From the NCBI GenBank assembly GCA_937901925.1, contig CALGTS010000056.1, positions 5,102-69,101 of the forward strand: DNA of 64,000 bases. Reading direction: 5' to 3'. Source of the DNA: an uncultured Bacteroidales bacterium (GTDB taxonomy: Bacteria; Bacteroidota; Bacteroidia; Bacteroidales; WCHB1-69). The translations under genes were made by a program, and so were the position numbers. Under the pieces are notes generated by a model. The model made no database searches. It was not told where the DNA came from and saw only the letters and a list, made by a program, of their open reading frames with translations. This document shows, piece by piece, positions 9,698-19,038 of the stretch (position 1 is its first letter; the number at the start of each line of letters is the position of its first letter).

Positions 9698-11001
9698 CGA
9701 CAAATTCGGAAATATTCCGTAGTCGTTTGATCAATTTTGAAACGATTATCACTTCGGTAGCCTACCACCCAAACAATGTTATCCTGTGATGTTAAGATAA
9801 ATGCCCGCTGTTTTTGCTGGCGATCCACCTTTAGGTCAGTGAACAAATCGCTGACCTTTTTCTTTCCTTTCATTCCCAAAGGAAAAAGAAAATCTCCAAA
9901 TTTCCAATGTCGTAAAGTTAATGGGAAAATCAGTTTTTTTACATCTACATAAAGAATATTGGAATCTTTTTCAAATTTGGGCTGGTGATGAATGGGAAAA
10001 CGCTCAATTTTGAAACCTAATTTTTGGAAATCATCTTCACTTTTAATTATAAATTCCTCATCATTAATATTTTCCAAAGGATATATTCTCAACTCTCCCT
10101 GATGTTGAGTCAGCATAAAATCATTAGAAAAAAACAGTTTCCCATTCTCTCGATGAGGTTTCTCAAAAATCTGTTCCACTATGGTTGATGAAAATCCGAA
10201 ATCACTAATAATTTCATACAGAATAAGTTGGGAATCTTCATGTGATAATAGCTGTTCAAATTTTATTTTGATACAATCTTGCAGATGCTCTACAAATTCA
10301 GATTTTACCTTTTCTATCTGTTTTTGATAAAAATTGTATTGAGAATGGAAGATTTTGATATTTCGAGCTGTAGTTTTAATAAATTCGGGATTAATCTCTT
10401 CCAAAATGGGAATCAACTGATGACGAATCTTATTTCGGTGATAAATCAGTGAAAAATTGGAGGCGTCCACACGATAGGAAATTTTGTTTTCTTGCGCATA
10501 ATTTTCAATTTGTTGTGATGAAATGTGGAGCAAAGGACGCAAAATTTTCCCATTTTTTTGCGGGATTGCATTCAATCCACGATATCCTGTTCCCCGTGTA
10601 ATATTTAACAATAGCGTTTCGGCATTGTCGTTGGCGTGGTGTGCCGTACACAAAAAATCGTAGTCTAGCAGTAGTTCATTAAACCATTTGTAACGCAAAT
10701 CGCGTGCCACCATCTCAATCGATTTTCCCGAGTTTTCTTGAAGTTTATAGGTGTCGAATTCTTTTATAAAAATCTTTCTATCTTTAAGAAAATCAATGTT
10801 TTGAACGAAATTCATATCCTCATTCGACTCCTTGCCTCTCAAATGAAAATTGCAATGGGCAACATCAAAATGAAGATGGCATGAGTGGAAAAGGTGTGCC
10901 ATTACAACGGAATCAACGCCTCCGCTTACCGCAAGCAAAAAACGGGCATTTTCCACGTTGGGAACTAGTTTTTGAATATTTCTAAAAAAAACTTCTCTCA
11001 T
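9694..11001 (-). CDS. tilS: tRNA(Ile)-lysidine synthase
   Basis: PP-loop SGGVDS, with the C-terminal TilS substrate-binding domain present. The track start at 11013 is a TTG, so I prefer the ATG at 11001 (MREVFF). Confidence 0.9.
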   Translation of the reverse strand: MREVFFRNIQKLVPNVENARFLLAVSGGVDSVVMAHLFHSCHLHFDVAHCNFHLRGKESNEDMNFVQNIDFLKDRKIFIKEFDTYKLQENSGKSIEMVARDLRYKWFNELLLDYDFLCTAHHANDNAETLLLNITRGTGYRGLNAIPQKNGKILRPLLHISSQQIENYAQENKISYRVDASNFSLIYHRNKIRHQLIPILEEINPEFIKTTARNIKIFHSQYNFYQKQIEKVKSEFVEHLQDCIKIKFEQLLSHEDSQLILYEIISDFGFSSTIVEQIFEKPHRENGKLFFSNDFMLTQHQGELRIYPLENINDEEFIIKSEDDFQKLGFKIERFPIHHQPKFEKDSNILYVDVKKLIFPLTLRHWKFGDFLFPLGMKGKKKVSDLFTDLKVDRQQKQRAFILTSQDNIVWVVGYRSDNRFKIDQTTTEYFRICR

Positions 11002-11010
11002 AGATGGGTG

Positions 11011-11018
11011 CAAAAGTA
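11011..11018 (-). promoter_or_regulatory. putative -7 box for tilS
   Basis: Minus strand reads TACTTTTG, 9 nt upstream of the preferred tilS ATG. Confidence 0.35.
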
Positions 11019-11027
11019 ATATTTTTT

Positions 11028-11035
11028 TATCTTTG
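11028..11035 (+). promoter_or_regulatory. putative -7 box for guaB
   Basis: TATCTTTG lies 24 nt upstream of the guaB ATG, divergent from the tilS box. Confidence 0.4.
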
Positions 11036-11059
11036 CACGCAAATTCAAAATTAACATAG

Positions 11060-12532
11060 ATGTCATTTTACGAAGATAGAGTTTGCTTAGAGGGATTGAC
11101 TTTCGACGATTTATTGTTGATTCCCTCCTATTCAGAAATCATTCCAAGAGATGTAAATTTATCGTCTCGTTTTACCAAAAACATAACCTTGAACGTTCCT
11201 TTTGTATCGGCAGCGATGGATACTGTAACCGAAGCACAATTGGCAATTGCAATTGCTCGCGAAGGAGGTATCGGCGTAATTCACAAAAATATGACGATTC
11301 AAGAGCAAGCAAAACAGGTTTCCTACGTTAAGAGAGCGGAAAATGGTATGATTAACGAACCTGTAACTATTCATCCACAACAATGTGTAGGCGATGCCCT
11401 GAAGTTGATGTCGGAATTCCATATCGGAGGTATTCCTGTTGTAGATGAACAGAATAAATTGGTGGGTATTGTTACCAATCGCGACCTTCGTTTCGAACGT
11501 GATTACAATAAACGTATCGAATTGGTGATGACTCGCGAACTGATTACTACCAACAACGCTACCGACTTAAAACGAGCAAGTGAAATCTTGCAACAACATA
11601 AAATTGAAAAATTGCCTGTTGTTGATGATAATGGCTGCTTATTAGGTTTGATAACCTACAAAGATATTACTAAAGTGAAAGATAAACCTTTTGCATGCAA
11701 GGACTCTCGCGGTCGTTTGCGCGTGGCAGCAGGGGTAGGTATTACGAATGATGCTTTGGAACGTACTGAAGCGTTGGTGGCTGCTGGCGTTGATGCTATC
11801 GTGTTAGATTGCGCACATGGTCACTCTCTCAATGTGGTTACAAAATTGAAAGAGGTAAAAGCAAAATTTCCAAGCATCGATGTTGTTGTGGGTAATATCG
11901 CAACCGCAGAAGCTGGAATTATGTTGGCAGAGGCTGGCGCAGATGCTATTAAAGTGGGTATAGGTCCTGGTTCTATCTGTACAACTCGCGTAGTCGCTGG
12001 TGTTGGCGTACCTCAAGTAAGCGCTATCTATAACGTATTTAAAGCAACTCAAAAATATAACGTTCCAATTATTGCTGATGGAGGCGTTCGCTATTCTGGT
12101 GATATTGTTAAGGCCTTGGCAGCAGGTGGAAGTTCTGTAATGCTGGGTAGCCTTTTGGCTGGCGTTGAAGAGTCTCCAGGGCAAACAATCCTCTTCAATG
12201 GTCGTAAGTTTAAAACTTACCGCGGAATGGGATCTCTCGAAGCAATGCAGTGCGGATCTAAAGATCGTTATATGCAAGGTGATGTTGATGATGCTCGTAA
12301 GTTAGTTCCTGAAGGAATATCTGGTCGCGTACCTTATAAAGGTGGACTCTACGAGGTGATATACCAAATGGCTGGTGGCCTTCGTTCAGGAATGGGCTAC
12401 TGCGGCGCAAGAACTGTGGAAGAACTTCATAATGCAAAATTCTGTCGCATTACCAATGCTGGTGTTGCAGAAAGTCATCCTCATGATGTTACCATCACAA
12501 GCGAAGCCCCTAACTATAGCTCAGGAATTTAA
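11060..12532 (+). CDS. guaB: IMP dehydrogenase
   Basis: 490 aa with [14 protein letters not shown], a CBS pair insert, catalytic loop [11 protein letters not shown], and [16 protein letters not shown]. Confidence 0.95.
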   Translation: MSFYEDRVCLEGLTFDDLLLIPSYSEIIPRDVNLSSRFTKNITLNVPFVSAAMDTVTEAQLAIAIAREGGIGVIHKNMTIQEQAKQVSYVKRAENGMINEPVTIHPQQCVGDALKLMSEFHIGGIPVVDEQNKLVGIVTNRDLRFERDYNKRIELVMTRELITTNNATDLKRASEILQQHKIEKLPVVDDNGCLLGLITYKDITKVKDKPFACKDSRGRLRVAAGVGITNDALERTEALVAAGVDAIVLDCAHGHSLNVVTKLKEVKAKFPSIDVVVGNIATAEAGIMLAEAGADAIKVGIGPGSICTTRVVAGVGVPQVSAIYNVFKATQKYNVPIIADGGVRYSGDIVKALAAGGSSVMLGSLLAGVEESPGQTILFNGRKFKTYRGMGSLEAMQCGSKDRYMQGDVDDARKLVPEGISGRVPYKGGLYEVIYQMAGGLRSGMGYCGARTVEELHNAKFCRITNAGVAESHPHDVTITSEAPNYSSGI

Positions 12533-12582
12533 TCTTACAGATATCAAACTTTTAAAAGATTCTTATTGTTATCCCTAAATAG

Positions 12583-12634
12583 AAAATCTTACATGTTATT
12601 CATTCTTGAACAATGTGTAAGATTTTTTTCGTTT
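12583..12634 (+). terminator. probable rho-independent terminator of guaB
   Basis: AAAATCTTACA ... TGTAAGATTTT is an 11-bp perfect stem followed by TTTCGTTTT. The loop is large at ~22 nt but partly self-pairing. Confidence 0.5.
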
Positions 12635-12653
12635 TAAAATAAAGTTTACTATA

Positions 12654-13406
12654 ATGACCCAGGTTTGGATTAGTGCTGCAGGATTAAGTCTTGCAACTTT
12701 AATAGGTTCCTTTATAGGATTTGGTATCAAGGAGTTACCACATAAATGGAACGACGCAATTTTAGGTTTTTGTGCTGGTATAATGTTGGCTGCTGCAACG
12801 TTGGGCCTGATTGTTCCTGCTGCAGAACAAGCAGGAAGCTCCCAATGGTGGCTTGTGGCAATTGGAGTGCTGGTAGGGGCACTTTTTCTCAATCTTTTGG
12901 ATTTTGTTACGCCGCACATGCACAAAGTTACAGGATTAGATCCAGAAGAACATAAAACTAACGCTTCTCTGAATCGTATAATGTTGTTCGTACTTTCTAT
13001 CGCTCTTCATAAACTTCCAGAAGGTATTGCGGCAGGTGTAGGCTTCAACTCTGCAGATACAAGTAACGCTTGGACGGTAACACTCGGAATTGCAATTCAA
13101 AATATTCCTGAGGGTATGGTGGTAATTGCCCCTTTGCTAATTGCGGGAATTTCAAAATTCAGAACCCTTGCAATCTCAATGTTCATTGCCCTTTTAGAAG
13201 TTGTTGGTGTTTGGATTGGCTACGGAATGGGTGCAATTTCAACGTTCTTCCTGCCCATTATGTTGGCGTTTGCTGGTGGCGCAATGCTCTATGTGGTTAG
13301 TGATGAAATGATTCCTGAAACCCACGCTCACGGGTTCCAAAAAATTGCTACTTACGGACTGCTTATCGGATTTATGACATTACTATTTATCGAAAATTTC
13401 TTGTAA
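12654..13406 (+). CDS. ZIP-family divalent metal transporter
   Basis: 250-aa polytopic membrane protein. HKLPEGIAAG and QNIPEGM are the ZIP/ZupT signature helices. Confidence 0.85.
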   Translation: MTQVWISAAGLSLATLIGSFIGFGIKELPHKWNDAILGFCAGIMLAAATLGLIVPAAEQAGSSQWWLVAIGVLVGALFLNLLDFVTPHMHKVTGLDPEEHKTNASLNRIMLFVLSIALHKLPEGIAAGVGFNSADTSNAWTVTLGIAIQNIPEGMVVIAPLLIAGISKFRTLAISMFIALLEVVGVWIGYGMGAISTFFLPIMLAFAGGAMLYVVSDEMIPETHAHGFQKIATYGLLIGFMTLLFIENFL

Positions 13407-13456
13407 TACAAGGATATTATATCATATTGTTAATTGTGTAATTAAAACTATTTTTT

Positions 13457-13858
13457 GTGCTGAAATTACGACAAAATGGTGAAAATTATGAGGTTTTCGA
13501 TCCAATTCGGAAGATTTGGGTACTCCTTACTGAAGAGGAAAAAGTACGTCAGTTTTTTCTCCTTTACTTGATGAATAACCTGAATGTGCCAGATACGCAT
13601 ATCTCTGTAGAACGCAAAATTTTAGTGAATGGAACTGAAAAACGATATGATATTCTGGTCTTCAAACCCGACGGAAACCCTTGGATGGTGGTGGAATGCA
13701 AAGCTCCGCATGTAAAACTTACACAAAAAGTGCTCGAACAGGCGGGAAGATATAACAAAGCAATTCACGCCGATATTATCTGTGTAACAAATGGAAAAAA
13801 TCACAGATTCTTCAATATAGATTTCCATTCAGAACAGATTACAGAAATCCAACTTTAA
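13457..13858 (+). CDS. stand-alone HsdR-N-like (PD-(D/E)xK fold) domain protein
   Basis: GTG start, 133 aa. RYDILVF...WMVVECK fits a D...E-x-K nuclease-fold core, as in type I restriction HsdR N-terminal domain proteins. Confidence 0.65.
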   Translation: MLKLRQNGENYEVFDPIRKIWVLLTEEEKVRQFFLLYLMNNLNVPDTHISVERKILVNGTEKRYDILVFKPDGNPWMVVECKAPHVKLTQKVLEQAGRYNKAIHADIICVTNGKNHRFFNIDFHSEQITEIQL

Positions 13859-13926
13859 AGTTTTTTGTTATAAATGATTGTAAATCTGTATTTTACAAAC
13901 TAAATTTTATAAACATACTTTCTATA

Positions 13927-13934
13927 TATTTTTG
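13927..13934 (+). promoter_or_regulatory. putative -7 box for the M20 amidohydrolase gene
   Basis: TATTTTTG lies 37 nt upstream of the ATG at 13971. Confidence 0.35.
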
Positions 13935-13970
13935 TAAATTTGTTAGTTTGAAATCAAACGAAAACTCCAG

Positions 13971-15176
13971 ATGGAAAAGATAAGCGTAATCCGAGAAAAG
14001 ATTTTGCAAAACGCTGCTGTTCATTTCCCTAAAATGGTACAGTTGCGGCACGAATTTCACCGATTTCCAGAACTTTCTGGACAAGAAAAAGAAACTGCAC
14101 GCCGAATTTGTAAGGTGTTAGACGCATTGGAAATTCCTTACCAAAAGGAGATGGCTGGTTATGGAATTGTGGCGCATTTAGTAGGAGAGAAGTGTGAAAG
14201 TTCACGCGTTATTGCATTTCGTGCGGATATGGACGCCTTGCCCATTCAAGAGGATAACCATTTTGATTATCATTCTATAAACGAAAAGGTTATGCACGCT
14301 TGTGGTCATGATTTTCACATTGCAACACTGTTGGGTACGCTGATGATTTTGCACGCAATGAAGTCAGAATGGTCGGGTTGCGTGAAAGCAATTTTCCAGC
14401 CTTCGGAAGAGGAGTATAGCGGAGGAGCACCTTTTATGATTGCCGCTGGTGCATTAGAAAATCCAAAACCAAACCTGATTTTTGGAATTCATGCTGACCC
14501 AAATGTTAAAACGGGTCAAATCGGTTTCCATAGCGCTGCATTTATGGCTTCTACCGATGAACTGCATTTTGAAGTTTTGGGCAAAGGTGGGCACGCCGCA
14601 CGCCCTCACGAAACCATTAATCCAGTAATGGTTGGAGCAAAAATTCTCGTGACATTAGAGGCTGAAATTGCAAAACTGAAACCTGAAAATTCCCCTTTCG
14701 TACTCAATTTTGGTAAATTTATTGGCGATGGAGCTACTAATATTGTTCCCGATAAGGTCTCCATTTCTGGTACACTGCGAATGTTTGATGAGGAAAAACG
14801 GAAAATTATTCTTGAGAAAATCCAAGAAATTGCCCAAAGTGTTGCAAATGAACATAATGCAACTTGTCAGATAGATATTCGCCATGGGTATCCTATGCTA
14901 TTTAACTCGCCTGAAGTGACGGCAAAAACGGAGGAGTTGGCAAGAGAATTTTTAGGTAGAGAAAATGCAATTCAGGTTCCAAAACGCTGTACTGCTGAGG
15001 ATTTTAGCTACTATTTACAGCAGATTCCAGGCACTTTTATGCGCGTGGGCGTTCGCAATGAGGCATTGGGTAAAGTCCATAATCTTCATTCTGCACGTTT
15101 CGATGCTGATGATGAGGCTTTACTAACCGCAGCAGGATTTCTGTCCTATCTCGTTTGTAACTATACAATCAATTAG
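13971..15176 (+). CDS. M20-family amidohydrolase (N-acyl-L-amino-acid amidohydrolase / hippurate hydrolase type)
   Basis: 401 aa with LRHEFHRFPELSGQE, RADMDALP, ACGHDFH and GGHAARPHE, which are typical M20D motifs. Confidence 0.85.
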   Translation: MEKISVIREKILQNAAVHFPKMVQLRHEFHRFPELSGQEKETARRICKVLDALEIPYQKEMAGYGIVAHLVGEKCESSRVIAFRADMDALPIQEDNHFDYHSINEKVMHACGHDFHIATLLGTLMILHAMKSEWSGCVKAIFQPSEEEYSGGAPFMIAAGALENPKPNLIFGIHADPNVKTGQIGFHSAAFMASTDELHFEVLGKGGHAARPHETINPVMVGAKILVTLEAEIAKLKPENSPFVLNFGKFIGDGATNIVPDKVSISGTLRMFDEEKRKIILEKIQEIAQSVANEHNATCQIDIRHGYPMLFNSPEVTAKTEELAREFLGRENAIQVPKRCTAEDFSYYLQQIPGTFMRVGVRNEALGKVHNLHSARFDADDEALLTAAGFLSYLVCNYTIN

Positions 15177-15201
15177 CATTCAGTAGATTAAGATTGTTAT
15201 T

Positions 15202-15385
15202 TGGGCGTTCCGGCTTCCGCGCACGGGCCGCTGCTCGCCGTCGGGCTATCCGCTCAAATTTCGCGCCTCTTTCCTTCGCGTCAACTTTCCCAAACTCAAT
15301 TTCTAAGTTCTACACTTTAAATTCAAAGCACTAAATTCAGTCCGGCGCTCATAACCGCTTCTATCCCTAACGCAAGCCGGATAGC
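15202..15385. repeat. non-coding GC-rich island (possible REP/MITE-like element or structured RNA) between convergent genes
   Basis: GGGCGTTCCGGCTTCCGCGCACGGGCCGCTGCTCGCCGTCGGGCTATCCGCTC is roughly three-quarters G+C by hand count. An AT-rich core follows, then a second GC-rich arm, GTCCGGCGCTCATAACCGCTTCTATCCCTAACGCAAGCCGGATAGC. There is no ORF. CCGGCTT/AAGCCGG and GCGTT/AACGC are complementary between the arms. Confidence 0.4.
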
Positions 15386-15397
15386 AAATTTCAACCG

Positions 15398-16261
15398 CTA
15401 TTCGCCAATTTGTAGCCAGAAACTTCCACCATGTCGCTCTACATTTTGTAAGTTAGGATGTAACCAAATAGGAGCAAGAATTTGCGAAAGTTCACCATCT
15501 TCACTTATAAAGTAGTTGGGTAGAAGTGTGCAATATTTTGTAGGATTTGCCATCAAAAATGCCGCTAGAAAGTATTGCTCGTTGTAAAAACGGTCGCACA
15601 TAAATTGAGGGTAATCGTAAGGTAAATAGATGTCGTGAATATGCACAACCACACCTTTTCTTAATCGAGGAAGCAACTCCATAAAGGTTACCATTGCGTC
15701 AGAATTGGGAAAAACTCGATGTGAGTTGTCGATAAACAAAATATCATTCTCTTGCAAAGTGTCAATTATCGATTCTAAATTTTCAAATTGCTCAAATGGC
15801 TTACGGATTACGTTATCTGAAAGATGGTCAATTTGCGCACGTGGGAAAGGGTCAATCGAGGTAATTTTGGTTTGTAAATGGTTGTCGATAATAGATTTTC
15901 TTGCTATTTTGGTAGAGTTTCCCGATCCAATTTCAATGTAGTTTTTGGGTTGATAGTACGCAATCATTCCATAAATTGAAATCATATCCAATCCAGGTAG
16001 AAAACCATTATTCCATGCGGGCAGGTTCTCCTCCTTTTCTACTGCAGCGTCTTTAATGCTGAAGAAGTAATCGGAATGTTTGAGAAAAGTTTCTAAAAGC
16101 CCACGATAAGTTGCTCGATTCTCATTTATAACTTTATAAAGAATTTGATGTGCAGGCTTTTTCTCCCCATATCGAGGAAGAAATCTTACGGGATATTCAA
16201 GAAACAAAGTTTGAAATTTAGGAGAAAGGAAATGGTAAAGTTGCTTTATTTTTTGTTTCAT
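15398..16261 (-). CDS. class I SAM-dependent methyltransferase-like protein
   Basis: 287 aa with a motif I-like IEIGSGNSTKIA followed by ILFIDNSH. No DNA-methyltransferase (D/N/S)PP(Y/F) motif is seen. Confidence 0.55.
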   Translation of the reverse strand: MKQKIKQLYHFLSPKFQTLFLEYPVRFLPRYGEKKPAHQILYKVINENRATYRGLLETFLKHSDYFFSIKDAAVEKEENLPAWNNGFLPGLDMISIYGMIAYYQPKNYIEIGSGNSTKIARKSIIDNHLQTKITSIDPFPRAQIDHLSDNVIRKPFEQFENLESIIDTLQENDILFIDNSHRVFPNSDAMVTFMELLPRLRKGVVVHIHDIYLPYDYPQFMCDRFYNEQYFLAAFLMANPTKYCTLLPNYFISEDGELSQILAPIWLHPNLQNVERHGGSFWLQIGE

Positions 16262-16291
16262 TAGATATTGGTTTAATATTATGGATTTACA

Positions 16292-17533
16292 CTAATTTGC
16301 TTCATACAAAAGAGTGCTTTCCTTTTCGGGAGTGATATATTGCTCCATTACCTTCATTATTTGAGCTTCAGTAACGGCAAAATAGCGGTCGCGGTCGTTA
16401 TTGAAAGCTTCTGCAGAGTCTATAATTTCAGAACTTGCCAATGCTGCAGCGCAATCTTCAGCCTTCATCTCATTGCTCAATATCACCGATTCAACACGAT
16501 TTTTCACTTTTTGCAAGTGAAAAGCGAAATCTTCAGGCTCGTAATGGAAGTTGTAAAGCGCCTCCGACAGCAAATCGTTGGCTTTCCGTAGGTCAACATC
16601 TGTTTGTGGTCTGCCAACAAAAATAAACATTCCAGGCTCAATATTGGCAGTAATATAAACATTTATATCTGTAAAAATCTTATTTTTCAGGACTAATTCT
16701 CGGTTCAGGTATGAGGAGTAACCGCTGCCTAAAAGGTCGGAGAGTAGGTCGCAAGCATAGAAAAGGTTATCTTTTCGTTCACACATCTTCCAACCCTTTA
16801 CCAACATATCATTAGGCGCATCTCGTTTTACTTCAAGTAGTCGTGCTTCGGTTTGTAAGGGCTCTTGGGGATAATTATTTACGGGAATTACTCCTGCAGG
16901 AATATCAGAAAACCATTTCTCTCCCAAGCGAACCATCTCTTCAAATTTTACATTCCCAGAAATTGCAACTACTGCATTGTTAGGAATATAATATTTGTTG
17001 TAAAAATTGCGCACATCATCCATCGTAGCATTTTCGATGTGCGATAGTTCTTTCCCAATTACTAACCAACGATAAGGGTGCTTTTTGTACACCATTTCGT
17101 GAAATAAACTCCACAAATCACTATAAGGACGGTTCAGTTGCATCTCTTTGAACTCCTTCATCACTACCGATTTTTGAATCTCCAAAGATTTGTTATCGAA
17201 AGCTAACGACAACATTCTATCAGACTCTAACCAAAAAGCTGTTTCTATATTATTGGCAGGGAGATTAATATAGTAGCAAGTAAGGTCTGATGAGGTGTAA
17301 GCATTGTTAATGGCACCAATTTTTTGTAGGGGCTCGTCATATTTGGGCACATTTATAGATCCGCAAAACATATAATGTTCAAGAAGATGAGCCAATCCTG
17401 TGCGTTCAGGATTTTCACAACGTGCTCCTACATTATAGGTTACGTGGAAAGTTGCCATCGGCGTATTGTTGTTCTCGTGAACAATCAGTCGTAAGCCGTT
17501 AGCAAACTGATGTTTTTTGAAGGTAAGAGCCAT
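16292..17533 (-). CDS. M16 (pitrilysin/insulinase) family zinc peptidase
   Basis: Inverted zinc motif HLLEH (HxxEH) near the N-terminus. Length is 413 aa. Confidence 0.85.
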   Translation of the reverse strand: MALTFKKHQFANGLRLIVHENNNTPMATFHVTYNVGARCENPERTGLAHLLEHYMFCGSINVPKYDEPLQKIGAINNAYTSSDLTCYYINLPANNIETAFWLESDRMLSLAFDNKSLEIQKSVVMKEFKEMQLNRPYSDLWSLFHEMVYKKHPYRWLVIGKELSHIENATMDDVRNFYNKYYIPNNAVVAISGNVKFEEMVRLGEKWFSDIPAGVIPVNNYPQEPLQTEARLLEVKRDAPNDMLVKGWKMCERKDNLFYACDLLSDLLGSGYSSYLNRELVLKNKIFTDINVYITANIEPGMFIFVGRPQTDVDLRKANDLLSEALYNFHYEPEDFAFHLQKVKNRVESVILSNEMKAEDCAAALASSEIIDSAEAFNNDRDRYFAVTEAQIMKVMEQYITPEKESTLLYEAN

Positions 17534-17535
17534 AA

Positions 17536-18729
17536 CTAATTTTCTTCTAATGCTTTAATTCCAGGAAGTTCTGTTCCTTCCAAATATTCGAGCATTGCTC
17601 CACCGCCAGTGCTGATGTAGGAGATGAAAGGGGAAAATCCATATTTTCCAATAGCGGAAATTGTATCACCGCCTCCCACTAATGAGTAGGCTCCAGAGAG
17701 AGTTGCACTAGCAACGGAAATGGCCAATGCCTGCGTTCCTTTTCCGAAGTTATCAAACTCGAAAACACCAACAGGTCCATTCCAAAGTATTGTTCGTGAA
17801 GCATTTATTATTTTTGTGAACTTCTTGATAGTGCGTGGCCCGATATCCAAACCTTCCCAACCATCAGGAATATTGTTGTGTTGCGTAACCATTGTATTGG
17901 CATCGTTAGAAAATGAATCCCCGCAGATGTTATCAATAGGTAAATAGAGGTCGATGCCTTTTCTGTGCGCTTGGCGGATAACCTCGCGTGCTACGGGAAT
18001 CATCTCCTCTTCGTATGGTGAGGAACCAACGGTAACGCCCATCGCCGCCAAGAATGTGTACGCCATTCCTCCTCCGATAATCAAATTATCTACTTTATCC
18101 AATAAGTTGTTCAAAATCTTAATCTTAGTGGATATTTTAGACCCACCAATAATTGCCGTAAAAGGTGGGTGCCCTGCACCAAAAACAGTTTTTAAACTCT
18201 GCACTTCTTGGAATAAAAGATACCCAGCATACGCATTGTTCGGGAAGAATTTTACGATAGTTGCTGTAGATGCATGTTCTCTGTGCGCTGTCCCAAATGC
18301 ATCATTCACATAAATATCTCCCAATTGGGCAAGCGTTTGGGCAAAGTTTTCATCGCCTTTTTCCTCCTCTTTATGAAATCTCAAATTCTCTAACATAGCA
18401 ACGTCACCAGGCTTTAATTTTGCCACTTTTTCTGCAATATCCACATCGCATGCATCTCCTAAAAAGTGAACCTCTTTCCCTAAAACTTCTGATACTGCAT
18501 AAATAATATGGCGCAATGACATACTATCCTTCACCTCTCCTTTCGGCCTTCCTAAATGTGACATCAATATGGCAATTCCACCATCCTCAGTAATTTTTTT
18601 GATGGTAGGAACAGTTCTTTCGATTCTAGTTCTATTGGTAACTTCCAAATTTTCGTTCTGAGGTACGTTATAATCCACGCGAACTAACACTTTCTTCCCT
18701 TTTAAAAGAGCTTGATCAATTGATTTCAT
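17536..18729 (-). CDS. pgk: phosphoglycerate kinase
   Basis: 397 aa with RVDYNVP, SHLGRPKG, AFGTAHR and GGGDT. Confidence 0.95.
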   Translation of the reverse strand: MKSIDQALLKGKKVLVRVDYNVPQNENLEVTNRTRIERTVPTIKKITEDGGIAILMSHLGRPKGEVKDSMSLRHIIYAVSEVLGKEVHFLGDACDVDIAEKVAKLKPGDVAMLENLRFHKEEEKGDENFAQTLAQLGDIYVNDAFGTAHREHASTATIVKFFPNNAYAGYLLFQEVQSLKTVFGAGHPPFTAIIGGSKISTKIKILNNLLDKVDNLIIGGGMAYTFLAAMGVTVGSSPYEEEMIPVAREVIRQAHRKGIDLYLPIDNICGDSFSNDANTMVTQHNNIPDGWEGLDIGPRTIKKFTKIINASRTILWNGPVGVFEFDNFGKGTQALAISVASATLSGAYSLVGGGDTISAIGKYGFSPFISYISTGGGAMLEYLEGTELPGIKALEEN

Positions 18730-18760
18730 AAGAGACTTATTTTATGATAAATATTACGGG

Positions 18761-18768
18761 CAAAGATA
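18761..18768 (-). promoter_or_regulatory. putative -7 box for pgk
   Basis: Minus strand reads TATCTTTG, 32 nt upstream of the pgk ATG. Confidence 0.4.
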
Positions 18769-18902
18769 CAATTTATTTGTATATGATGCAAATAATAAAC
18801 ACTTTTTCAGATTTTTTGTTTCTTAACATTTTTGATAAAAAAGTTATAGATTAGATTAGATATAAATTACTATAAAAATGTTAAACATATTTTAATTTTA
18901 TT

Positions 18903-18910
18903 TATATTTG
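18903..18910 (+). promoter_or_regulatory. putative -7 box for the 19039-23016 secreted-protein operon
   Basis: TATATTTG lies 128 nt upstream of the ATG at 19039, which is a long leader for this window. Confidence 0.35.
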
Positions 18911-19038
18911 CAGCGTGGATCCACAATAAACCTAAACGCTATAACTATGAAAAAATATATTATCAAAAAGCCAATCTTGTCTGTCCGTTAGGGCAGGCGT
19001 TTAGTAGAAATAATAATAAACTCTAAAATTGTAATAAT

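Noticed and set aside
13457-16261. HsdR-N-like protein plus a nearby methyltransferase could be a cryptic restriction-modification system.
   Set aside because: The methyltransferase-like protein lacks a (D/N/S)PP(Y/F) DNA-methyltransferase motif. It is on the opposite strand, separated by an unrelated amidohydrolase, and there is no specificity or helicase subunit.
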